Shown: positions 57,018 to 64,000 of the stretch, one piece after another
Layout of the letters: every line of letters begins with the position of its first letter
How positions within the stretch are numbered: the stretch's first letter is position 1
Assembly (NCBI GenBank): GCA_964428845.1
Contig: CAYRZH010000005.1
Location: forward strand, 1,647-65,646
Length of the DNA stretch: 64,000 nt
Direction of reading: 5' to 3'
Source: an uncultured Candidatus Saccharibacteria bacterium
GTDB lineage: Bacteria > Patescibacteriota > Minisyncoccia > Phycocordibacterales > DATGWK01
The notes under the pieces: model-generated
Told to the model about the DNA's origin: nothing
Seen by the model: the letters and a program-made list of their open reading frames with translations, nothing else
The model's database searches: none
Position numbers and translations under genes: made by a program

Positions 57018-57662
57018 TTAGACTAGCGCGCCTTGAGGTCTCCTTTCTCTCATCATCGTGCGGAGGATGAGGCAGACCGTGATGCCCGAAGTGATTGCTG
57101 CTCTCGTTCCGTAAAGAAATCCGAGGGCATCGTTTTTCTCTATCGCGGGCACAAGACAGAGAATCGACGAGATGCAAATGCTGGCCCAGGTGAAGAGTGA
57201 TTCGGTCTTCTCGTTCTGTCCCCAGAGCTTCTGGGCGAGGGCAGTGTAGCCGATCACCATAAGAATCTGGGTCAAGACGTTCGAAATCGTCGCCGCAAGT
57301 TCGTTGCCCACGTAGAACCGCAAGATGCACCAGAGTGCAACGATTCCTGCAGACCAAATGAGGCATCTTACTTGGAATCGGCTGAACTTCACCCGAAGCT
57401 CTTTTCTGCAGAGCTGTATCAGGGCCACTGCCACGAGAATCGAACCCGTAGATACAATGGCGCTCAAGTTCCCGATGTTCCCGACGAGACTGTGGTTCGG
57501 GGAGTTCCAATAACTCCAGAAGCCGATGGCTATTGTTGTACCGAAAATAATCCAGGATGCCAAGACGGGGCGAATCTTGCCGCGGAGGGCAAGATAGATG
57601 TACCATGCGGTGCCGAGCCCTATGCCGGCAACCGACAACAGGACTGCTGCACTCGATAGCAT
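57018..57662 (-). CDS. Hypothetical 6-7 TM membrane protein, 214 aa (GC-rich cassette 5)
   Basis: Start ATG (rc 57660-57662) 6 nt after a GGAGAG SD-like site. About 55% G+C. Hydrophobic helices throughout. No family recognised; size and topology are compatible with a small-solute transporter. The alternative-frame ORF 56740-57669(-) was rejected. Confidence 0.45.
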   Translation of the reverse strand: MLSSAAVLLSVAGIGLGTAWYIYLALRGKIRPVLASWIIFGTTIAIGFWSYWNSPNHSLVGNIGNLSAIVSTGSILVAVALIQLCRKELRVKFSRFQVRCLIWSAGIVALWCILRFYVGNELAATISNVLTQILMVIGYTALAQKLWGQNEKTESLFTWASICISSILCLVPAIEKNDALGFLYGTRAAITSGITVCLILRTMMRERRPQGALV

Positions 57663-57692
57663 GACACACTCTCCATTCAAAAGAACTTTCTT

Positions 57693-57713
57693 ATGGTGAT
57701 ACGTTATCACCAT
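57693..57713. promoter_or_regulatory. Perfect 9-3-9 palindrome ATGGTGATA-cgt-TATCACCAT in the leader of the cassette-5 gene (operator-like or leader hairpin)
   Basis: Lies between the -10 (57729-57724) and the start codon (57662) on the minus strand. Confidence 0.35.
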
Positions 57714-57723
57714 TTCTGCTACT

Positions 57724-57752
57724 ATGATAGCATATTTGACTCTTTTTGTCAA
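57724..57752 (-). promoter_or_regulatory. Sigma70 promoter TTGACA-17-TATCAT (minus strand) for cassette 5
   Basis: On the minus strand TTGACA (57752-57747), a 17-nt spacer and TATCAT (57729-57724). Confidence 0.45.
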
Positions 57753-57829
57753 TAAAAAAGATATATCAAAAGCGCCAATCTTAGGCGTATAATTCGAGTA
57801 ACTTTTGAACTTATGATACAATCGCCGTT

Positions 57830-59254
57830 ATGAACAAGGAATACGTCACTACCGTCGGTCTTGAGATACATGCGGAACTCAAAACCAAGACAAAAATGTT
57901 CTGTGATTCCAAAAACGACCCTGATGAAACTAGGCCAAACGTAAACATTTGTCCGATATGTATGGGGCACCCCGGGACACTTCCGGTTACGAACAAAGAA
58001 GCAGTGAAGCATGTCCTTCGGGTGGGGGTGGCTCTGGGTGGAACTCTAGCAGACTTTACAGAGTTTGATCGCAAAAATTATTTTTACCCAGATATTCCTA
58101 AGGGCTACCAGATCAGCCAGTACAAAAATCCTCTCGTTGTCGGTGGAAGCCTTCTCGGGGTAAAAATCACAAGAATCCATCTTGAGGAGGATACCGCAAA
58201 GTCAACCCATGACACGGGCGAGCATAGTTTAGTCGACTTCAATCGGGCTGGAGTGCCTCTTATGGAGCTTGTCACCGAGCCGGTGATTCATTCGGCTCAA
58301 GATGCTTCAAATTTTGCTAAGGAGCTTCAGCTTTTACTCCAGTATTTGGGAGCTAGTGATGCCAACATGGAGAAGGGAGAGATGCGAATAGAGGCAAATA
58401 TTTCAGTCGCTCCCGCTGGTAAACGCGGTACGAAAGTCGAAGTCAAGAATCTGAATTCGTTTCGTTCGGTTGAGAGAGCAATTCTTTTTGAAACAAAAAG
58501 GCATGTGGAATTGATCGAAGGAGGTGGAATTGTCGTCCAGGAAACCAGAGGCTGGGACGAGACTAAAAATACTAGTTTCTCGCAGAGGCTTAAAGAAGAA
58601 TCACATGATTACAGGTACTTTCCAGATCCAGATTTACCTAAGCTCAAACTGTCAGAAATTAAAGATTTTCAGAGGGAAAAATTAAGGGAGGAACTTCCTG
58701 AATTACCCTGGCAAAAGAGAGAAAGGCTAAAAAAGGAGTTTGGTCTAAAAGATGAAGATGTCGAAGTTTTTGTACGTTCTCATGAGTGGGGCAAGTATCT
58801 CGAGTCGGTCGCGGCATCTCTTGGTGGAAATAAAAAACTTGTTGTTCTCGCTTCCAACTATATAACATCTGATCTAGCGGGACTTGTTAAAAATTCTTCT
58901 GTTGTCTGGGACGGCAATACTCCTACCGCGTCAAATTTTTCAAGGCTAATGCTGATGATTGACTCGGGCAAGATCTCCTCACGTGGTGCGAAGGATATCC
59001 TAAAGGTCATGTACGAGAAAGGCACTGAACCCGAGGTGGTCGCAGAAAAACAAAATCTTCTACAGAAGAGCGACGAAGGCGAGTTGGGAGCTATTATCAA
59101 AAAGATTATTGATGCAAACAGCGCGGTTGTCCTAGATTATAAGAATGGTAAGGAGCCAGCACTTCAGTTTCTGATCGGGCAGGCGATGAAGGAGACAAAA
59201 GGTTCTGCTAACCCAGAAATTCTAAAAAAGTTATTTTTGTCATCCATCCAGTAG
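57830..59254 (+). CDS. gatB: Aspartyl/glutamyl-tRNA(Asn/Gln) amidotransferase subunit B (GatB)
   Basis: VGLEIHAELKTKTKMFC N-terminal motif and a C-terminal YqeY-like tail (LQFLIGQAMKETKGSANP). Confidence 0.85.
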   Translation: MNKEYVTTVGLEIHAELKTKTKMFCDSKNDPDETRPNVNICPICMGHPGTLPVTNKEAVKHVLRVGVALGGTLADFTEFDRKNYFYPDIPKGYQISQYKNPLVVGGSLLGVKITRIHLEEDTAKSTHDTGEHSLVDFNRAGVPLMELVTEPVIHSAQDASNFAKELQLLLQYLGASDANMEKGEMRIEANISVAPAGKRGTKVEVKNLNSFRSVERAILFETKRHVELIEGGGIVVQETRGWDETKNTSFSQRLKEESHDYRYFPDPDLPKLKLSEIKDFQREKLREELPELPWQKRERLKKEFGLKDEDVEVFVRSHEWGKYLESVAASLGGNKKLVVLASNYITSDLAGLVKNSSVVWDGNTPTASNFSRLMLMIDSGKISSRGAKDILKVMYEKGTEPEVVAEKQNLLQKSDEGELGAIIKKIIDANSAVVLDYKNGKEPALQFLIGQAMKETKGSANPEILKKLFLSSIQ

Positions 59255-59377
59255 TTGTCTCGTTTTCCATAGTACACAAGTTCTCCCCACGTTGTCCTAC
59301 TTCTTCTCGTTTGGCTTTTATGTCTATAAATAGTGCCCTCTGATATAATTCAGACCATTACAATCTAAGCTTTTAAA

Positions 59378-60214
59378 ATGGCAAAAAAAGAAGGAGGGGA
59401 GAAAATAGTCTCGCCAATAAGGCAAAAAATTTACCATTTTATCTCCGGTATGCCGAGAAGTGGGTCCACTCTTCTTGCAAATATTCTTGCTCAAAATCCT
59501 CGTTTTCACACTACAAGCACGAGTGGCATTATGGATGTGATGTTTGGCGTTCGCAACAACTGGGACAAGTTAGTCGAATTTCAGGCTACACCAAACGACG
59601 CCGCCAAGGTTAGGGTGCTTCGTGGAATCCTCGATACATTTTATGCTGACGTAGATAAACCAATAATTTTCGATAAGTGCCGTGGGTGGCTCTCACTTCT
59701 TGAGATGGCAGAAACTGTCCTTGGGTACAGGGTAAAGGTTCTCGTACCGGTGCGTGATGTTCGCGATATTTTGTCTAGTTTTGAAAAACTATGGAGGGAA
59801 ACCTCCAAAACGAGCCAGGTCTCTCAGGAAAGTGCCAATTATTTCAAATTTCAAACTGTACAGGGTAGATGCGATGTCTGGATGTCGGCAGGGGAACCAC
59901 TTGGTCTTGCATACAACAGAGTGACCGACGCCCTTGTCCGTGGATACAAGGACAGAATGTATTTTATTGACTTTGATGATTTAACTCGGGAACCGGAAAG
60001 AGTGTTTTCGAGCATATACACATTTCTTGGGGAAGAACCTTTTAAGCATGATTTCAATAATGTAGTCCAAGTAACCTGGGAGGACGATACTGTTCACGGT
60101 TTTAAGGGTCTTCATGACATAAGGAGCAGGGTTGAGCCTATGAAACCTCAATGGCCAACTGTTCTGGGGCAGTGGGCAGAAAGCTTAAATAAACTTAATT
60201 TCTGGAAACAGTAG
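59378..60214 (+). CDS. Sulfotransferase-family protein
   Basis: 5'-PSB-like SGMPRSGSTLLANIL P-loop and 3'-PB-like ...VLVPVRDVRDILSS..., 278 aa. Confidence 0.45.
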   Translation: MAKKEGGEKIVSPIRQKIYHFISGMPRSGSTLLANILAQNPRFHTTSTSGIMDVMFGVRNNWDKLVEFQATPNDAAKVRVLRGILDTFYADVDKPIIFDKCRGWLSLLEMAETVLGYRVKVLVPVRDVRDILSSFEKLWRETSKTSQVSQESANYFKFQTVQGRCDVWMSAGEPLGLAYNRVTDALVRGYKDRMYFIDFDDLTREPERVFSSIYTFLGEEPFKHDFNNVVQVTWEDDTVHGFKGLHDIRSRVEPMKPQWPTVLGQWAESLNKLNFWKQ

Positions 60215-60237
60215 GGCCCGGGGATCTCAATAAAACA

Positions 60238-61374
60238 CTAAATCTCCTCTTTTAGGAGTTTGTGGTATCTGTTGGTAAAAAAGGACTCGGGAATAAGAGG
60301 AATTATAATGTTTACTCCCTTTCTGATCCATTTTGATTTAATAAATGCCCAAGCTCGCATTTTGTTTGTAAGTGATCGGGCAATTTTTACTCTTTCCTTT
60401 CTAACTCTCTCGTATCGCTCAAATGCCCGCTTGAATGAGTAAGATTCTGAAATTTTCATCAACACCGCTGCGAGGACATAACCATCTTCCATTGCCATAG
60501 AAGCTCCTATGCCTGCGTGAGGTTCAAAGCCGTGAGCTGCATCCCCAACAAGCACGACTCTCCCTTTAGTAAATTTCTTTAGTCTCACACAACTCAAATC
60601 AGTTGGAACCAAGTCTTTGTCTTTTAGATTAGTTAAAAAATCATTCAGTATGGTTTCGTCCTTAAATATTTTCTTCAGGCGCGTGATTCGATTGTGGACA
60701 CTGTCCCAGGCTTTATGGTCGGCAGGGGAGATAAGTACAGCTAGAGCTTTTTTACCGACATCAAATATTCCGACGAATTCACTAGGTTCAACATATTCTG
60801 TTACAGTAGCATTTTGCTTAAACTTGTTGTCCACCCATGCGTACCAAACACGCCAATTATCAAATCGCTCGCAGTTCTCGGTGAAATACAAATTTCTAAT
60901 TTTTGAATGAATACCATCGGCCCCGATTACAAAATCAAAAGCAGCCTTTTCTCCATCACTGAACACGACCTCGACCCCGGTATCATTTTCTAAAATTGAA
61001 TCGATAGTCATTCCCAACCTGACCTTGCTGGGATTGATGAGGTCACGTAGCCAACGGTGTAGGGAGGTACGATCAATGTGAGTATAGGCTGTTCCGTATT
61101 CAGAATAAAAATTTTTTAAATTATAACTGCGTATCAATTTTCCTTTACCGTCGCACACTCTATAAAAGTTGATGTGATTTCCTTGTTTATCAAATTTATC
61201 TGCAAGCCCAAGTTTTGCCAAAATGTTTCGTCCGTTATTCCAAAGACCGATAGAGAATCCCTGGCTATCCCAATTATGTTGCTTATCAATAATTTGGAAA
61301 TCTATATTTGAATCCTTGAGGAAGGCGGCTAGCGTGAGACCGGCGATTCCTGCACCAACTATCAAAATTCTCAT
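60238..61374 (-). CDS. FAD-dependent monooxygenase/oxidoreductase (UbiH/salicylate-hydroxylase-like)
   Basis: MRILIVGAGIAGLTLAAFL dinucleotide-binding motif and GDAAHGFEPHAGIGASMAMEDG second FAD motif. Confidence 0.6.
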   Translation of the reverse strand: MRILIVGAGIAGLTLAAFLKDSNIDFQIIDKQHNWDSQGFSIGLWNNGRNILAKLGLADKFDKQGNHINFYRVCDGKGKLIRSYNLKNFYSEYGTAYTHIDRTSLHRWLRDLINPSKVRLGMTIDSILENDTGVEVVFSDGEKAAFDFVIGADGIHSKIRNLYFTENCERFDNWRVWYAWVDNKFKQNATVTEYVEPSEFVGIFDVGKKALAVLISPADHKAWDSVHNRITRLKKIFKDETILNDFLTNLKDKDLVPTDLSCVRLKKFTKGRVVLVGDAAHGFEPHAGIGASMAMEDGYVLAAVLMKISESYSFKRAFERYERVRKERVKIARSLTNKMRAWAFIKSKWIRKGVNIIIPLIPESFFTNRYHKLLKEEI

Positions 61375-61376
61375 GG

Positions 61377-61619
61377 CTAATTGTCTAAGTGTTTTACAGA
61401 CAATTTCTTCACTTGATTTTTAGGCTTTCGCATTGTCCAACTCTTTGAGCGAATGTCCTCGATAAGCATCTCCACCTCGTCCCGTTTATACACTCTGTAG
61501 TTGTTTATGGGGTGTCTCGAAGCGGTAAACTTACCACTCTTGTCCCAATTACGAAGGGTGAGGGTAGATACCCCAAGCATCTTCGCGGCCTCTTTGATTG
61601 TTAAAAAATTATCCTTCAT
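61377..61619 (-). CDS. MerR-family helix-turn-helix DNA-binding protein (HTH domain only, 80 aa)
   Basis: LTIKEAAKMLGVSTLTLRNWDKSGKFTASRHPINNYRVYKRDEV matches the MerR/excisionase-type winged HTH. Its stop abuts the start of the FAD monooxygenase gene. Confidence 0.5.
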   Translation of the reverse strand: MKDNFLTIKEAAKMLGVSTLTLRNWDKSGKFTASRHPINNYRVYKRDEVEMLIEDIRSKSWTMRKPKNQVKKLSVKHLDN

Positions 61620-61919
61620 TTGCTTGATATAACCTATATAAACATTGATAATGATTTATAGATATTGAATCTAGAATGGCAATCTTTATTAAGGTTAATT
61701 AAGAATTGTTTTGGTTCCATTGTGATGATAAAAAAAATTATTTTGGATATTTTTTTGTAGGCACATCACGAAATGGCAGTGTGGCCCCGAGGTTGAATTT
61801 AAATCTAAAATCTATCCTTAACCTACGGATTTAAGCTGCGGCTGGCCTGGTACAAGTTTACACCCAAAAAAAGTTTTTTGTAATCGTTCTACTATCCACA
61901 GAAAATCGCGTTTTTTGAG

Positions 61920-62990
61920 GTGTCTGGAGGATATAATATTCCCATGGGTAATGAGCTCGATTTTGAGGGGAAAAAATATATCTCGGCTAGGCGAGCTTCT
62001 GAAATTAGCGGCTATAATTCCGATTATATCGGCCAGCTATGCAGAAAAGGATCCTTGGATTGCAGGCTAGTCGGCAGAAGTTGGTTTGTCAACGAAATTT
62101 CACTTCGAGAGCACAAGGATGTAGCTAGCAAAACTCCCCGTGGTAGAATCCCAATTCTTGAAAATAGAGCTGCCTCCGGTGAGAAAAGCGATAAAACTAC
62201 GTTTGCCCATAAAGCCGAGATCCCAAAAACTGCAGCAATTCAGAAGGGGGTGACTAGGCCCGTTGTGTCTGAATTTGCTACAGGTGTACAAAAGGAACCA
62301 GAGAGCTTTGATGATAGTTATCTTTCATTTCGCTCACACGAACACCAGGAATTTTCTTATGATGTTGCTTCTGGTGACAATGGAAGTAATTTTGCAAAAA
62401 AAATTTTTGCCGTGTGTGCAATTGTGCTCATTTTTATTTTCTCTGCCCCGTACTTCCTAAAAAGTATAAGTAGCGATAGTAAGTTTGTAGTTATCCCCGA
62501 CGAGGGAATCGAACTAGTAAATGAAATAAAAATTTTGGCTTCACCATATCTATCATCGGCGAACGCCCTTTTTGCCGAAGTCCACGAGTCGATTCTTTTT
62601 GGAAACAGTCTGGGAGCTTTCTTCGAAGGGAAACTACGCGAGTTTGCGTTTGAAACATACCAAACAATTCTCGCGCTTCCAGACACGATTTTCGATACGG
62701 CGAAAAACATGAAAAGAATCGTCATGGGTGAACCTAGACAGACAAAAGAAAACTTTGCGAGCGATGAACTTCTGGGCACCGATTCAGAAAATCGAGCCGG
62801 CATTACAGTTGTTCTATCAACTGGAGACAAAGAGAAAGACGAAAAATTGAAGCAATATATTAAAGATTCATTTTCTGGAGAAACCAACGTCTTGCCTGAC
62901 GATACGGGCGAATCCGGAATCATCAAGCCTGTATTCAAAGAGCAGAACGATCAGGATTATTTGTATGTAATTGTGCCAGTCAAAGAGTGA
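61920..62990 (+). CDS. Hypothetical protein with N-terminal HTH-like segment and one TM helix
   Basis: ISARRASEISGYNSDYIGQLCRKGSL... (HTH_17-like) then KIFAVCAIVLIFIFSAPYFL (TM). The remainder has no recognisable family. Confidence 0.35.
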   Translation: MSGGYNIPMGNELDFEGKKYISARRASEISGYNSDYIGQLCRKGSLDCRLVGRSWFVNEISLREHKDVASKTPRGRIPILENRAASGEKSDKTTFAHKAEIPKTAAIQKGVTRPVVSEFATGVQKEPESFDDSYLSFRSHEHQEFSYDVASGDNGSNFAKKIFAVCAIVLIFIFSAPYFLKSISSDSKFVVIPDEGIELVNEIKILASPYLSSANALFAEVHESILFGNSLGAFFEGKLREFAFETYQTILALPDTIFDTAKNMKRIVMGEPRQTKENFASDELLGTDSENRAGITVVLSTGDKEKDEKLKQYIKDSFSGETNVLPDDTGESGIIKPVFKEQNDQDYLYVIVPVKE

Positions 62991-63077
62991 TGCGGATCAA
63001 CCAGAGGGAACTCTTTTTTGAGCGAAGGGTTCTCCAGGTTGCTATACAAACTCGATTGGGGGTTTAAAAAAAGGAAA

Positions 63078-64000
63078 ATGGAAAAAATGAAATTCACAAA
63101 AAGTAATATCACCCGAAAAAGCCTCAAGGTTTCTTTTTTTGTTCTGTTTCTTTGCCTCTTGTCGCCCACCGGGGTTTTGTCTGCGTACCAAATCGAAAGT
63201 GTGGCTAGTGCACAGATCAATAACGGTTTTGTTGTGAGCCCTGGAAAGGTAGAAGTCGAGCTTAAGTCTGGGGGGAAAAAAATCGTTCCTATAAAAGTTT
63301 TGAATCATACTGGAAGTACAAAAACTTTTAGTATCGGCGTAGAAGATTTTAGTGGTTCAAAAAATCCACTTGAAACAGTCTTGCTTTTGGGAAGTGAACG
63401 GGGTCCGTATTCTCTGAAAGATTATCTTCGTGTGGACGAAAAAAGTTTTGAATTAAAAAATAATGAACAGGCAACTGTTCCGGTATATATTTCTATCCCG
63501 ACTGACGCCGAACCAAGCGGCCTCTATGGTGCTCTCATTGTGAGCACCGCTTCAGGAGATGATTCAACGAGTAGAGGTACATCAGCTGTCATCTCGCGGC
63601 TGGGCGTACTTTTCTTTGTTAAGGTTTCAGGAAATATTTTTGAACAAGGTCAGGTCGTAAGTTTTGAGACTGCACCAAGCGGAGGTTTTCTCTCTCATGG
63701 CCCGATCACATTTAGGCTTCTTTATGAAAATACTGGATCAGCCCATTTGAATCCATATGGCCAAATCAAGATAAAAAATATATTTGGGAAAGAAGTTGGT
63801 ACCGTAACCCTGGATCCTTGGTTTACAATGCCTCAATCACTTCGATTGCGAGAAATTTCTTGGAATAAAACTTTTCTCTTTGGTCGATACAGGGCAGAAG
63901 CTTCTGTTAACAGAGGTTATTCAGATATTGTCGATTCAAATTCTCTCTCTTTTTGGGTAATTCCTTGGTGGGTTTCTGTCATTGCTGTGGCTCTAATAAT
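63078..64000 (+). CDS. Secreted/cell-surface protein with signal peptide (DUF916-like), 3' end outside the window
   Basis: ATG 63078, Lys-rich n-region plus hydrophobic h-region (SFFVLFLCLLSPTGVLSA) and a beta-rich body. The ORF runs off the window end and is not in the supplied ORF track. Confidence 0.4.
   Translation, partial: MEKMKFTKSNITRKSLKVSFFVLFLCLLSPTGVLSAYQIESVASAQINNGFVVSPGKVEVELKSGGKKIVPIKVLNHTGSTKTFSIGVEDFSGSKNPLETVLLLGSERGPYSLKDYLRVDEKSFELKNNEQATVPVYISIPTDAEPSGLYGALIVSTASGDDSTSRGTSAVISRLGVLFFVKVSGNIFEQGQVVSFETAPSGGFLSHGPITFRLLYENTGSAHLNPYGQIKIKNIFGKEVGTVTLDPWFTMPQSLRLREISWNKTFLFGRYRAEASVNRGYSDIVDSNSLSFWVIPWWVSVIAVALI

Noticed and set aside
56740-57669. 309-aa minus-strand ORF in an alternative frame over cassette 5, extending into obg
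   Set aside because: It overlaps the 3' end of obg by ~260 nt and has a Pro/Arg/His-rich composition typical of a wrong frame in GC-rich DNA. The 214-aa frame gives a coherent multi-TM protein with an SD-like site.
1-64000. CRISPR arrays, rRNA or tRNA genes, transposase or integrase genes, and long direct repeats flanking the GC-rich cassettes
   Set aside because: Visual scanning found no regularly spaced repeats or canonical tRNA structures. No transposase- or integrase-like ORF was seen, and no obvious target-site duplications at cassette borders. Absence is by eye only, so short (<8-bp) duplications could have been missed.

Overview
The window is AT-rich (about 40% G+C by spot counts) and compact. 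Its gene content looks like a Patescibacteria/CPR-type bacterium: murD (3' part), murC, murB, secA, obg, gatB, two DedA paralogs, a DsbB/thioredoxin pair, a P-type ATPase and a VirD4-like ATPase.

About 37 kb (7.5-46.8 kb) is one cell-surface glycan super-locus. It holds five GT4-type glycosyltransferases and GT2 enzymes fused to membrane or methyltransferase-like domains. There are two ArnT/PMT-like GT-C membrane proteins, a dTDP-sugar module (RmlB, FdtA/WxcM-like isomerase, DegT aminotransferase) and several SAM-methyltransferases. A pseudaminic-acid-type nonulosonate operon (PseB-PseC-PseF-formyltransferase-PIG-L-MTase-PseH-SDR-ATP-grasp-HAD-PseI) carries extra tailoring genes. The locus ends with a PhyH-like dioxygenase, a Wzm/Wzt ABC exporter and an O-antigen-ligase/polymerase-like protein with TPR repeats.

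The most unusual signal is five mono-cistronic, GC-rich cassettes (about 50-65% G+C in spot counts). They sit at ~4.47-5.44, 20.11-20.85, 24.34-25.21, 39.40-40.72 and 57.00-57.83 kb, each in an intergenic slot between native genes. Each carries its own near-consensus sigma70-type promoter (TTGACA-16/18-TAnnnT), an SD-like site, one CDS and, for four of them, a GC-rich stem plus T-run terminator. All five products are uncharacterised; I could not name any of them with confidence. One is a Nudix-fold protein with a degenerate Nudix box, one looks like a GT-B/LpxB-type sugar transferase, one is a 6-7 TM membrane protein with a 9-3-9 palindrome in its leader, and two are orphans.

Other notable items are a SAM-methyltransferase gene interrupted by a single in-frame TAG, and a candidate ~80-nt sRNA (promoter plus UUCG-loop terminator) upstream of murB. 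There is a 14-bp GC-rich inverted repeat in the murB leader and a VirD4-like ATPase with a ~210-aa Pro/Gln-rich tail. No rRNA, tRNA, CRISPR array or transposase was detected. All calls rest on reading the sequence and the ORF track, and no database searches were run.
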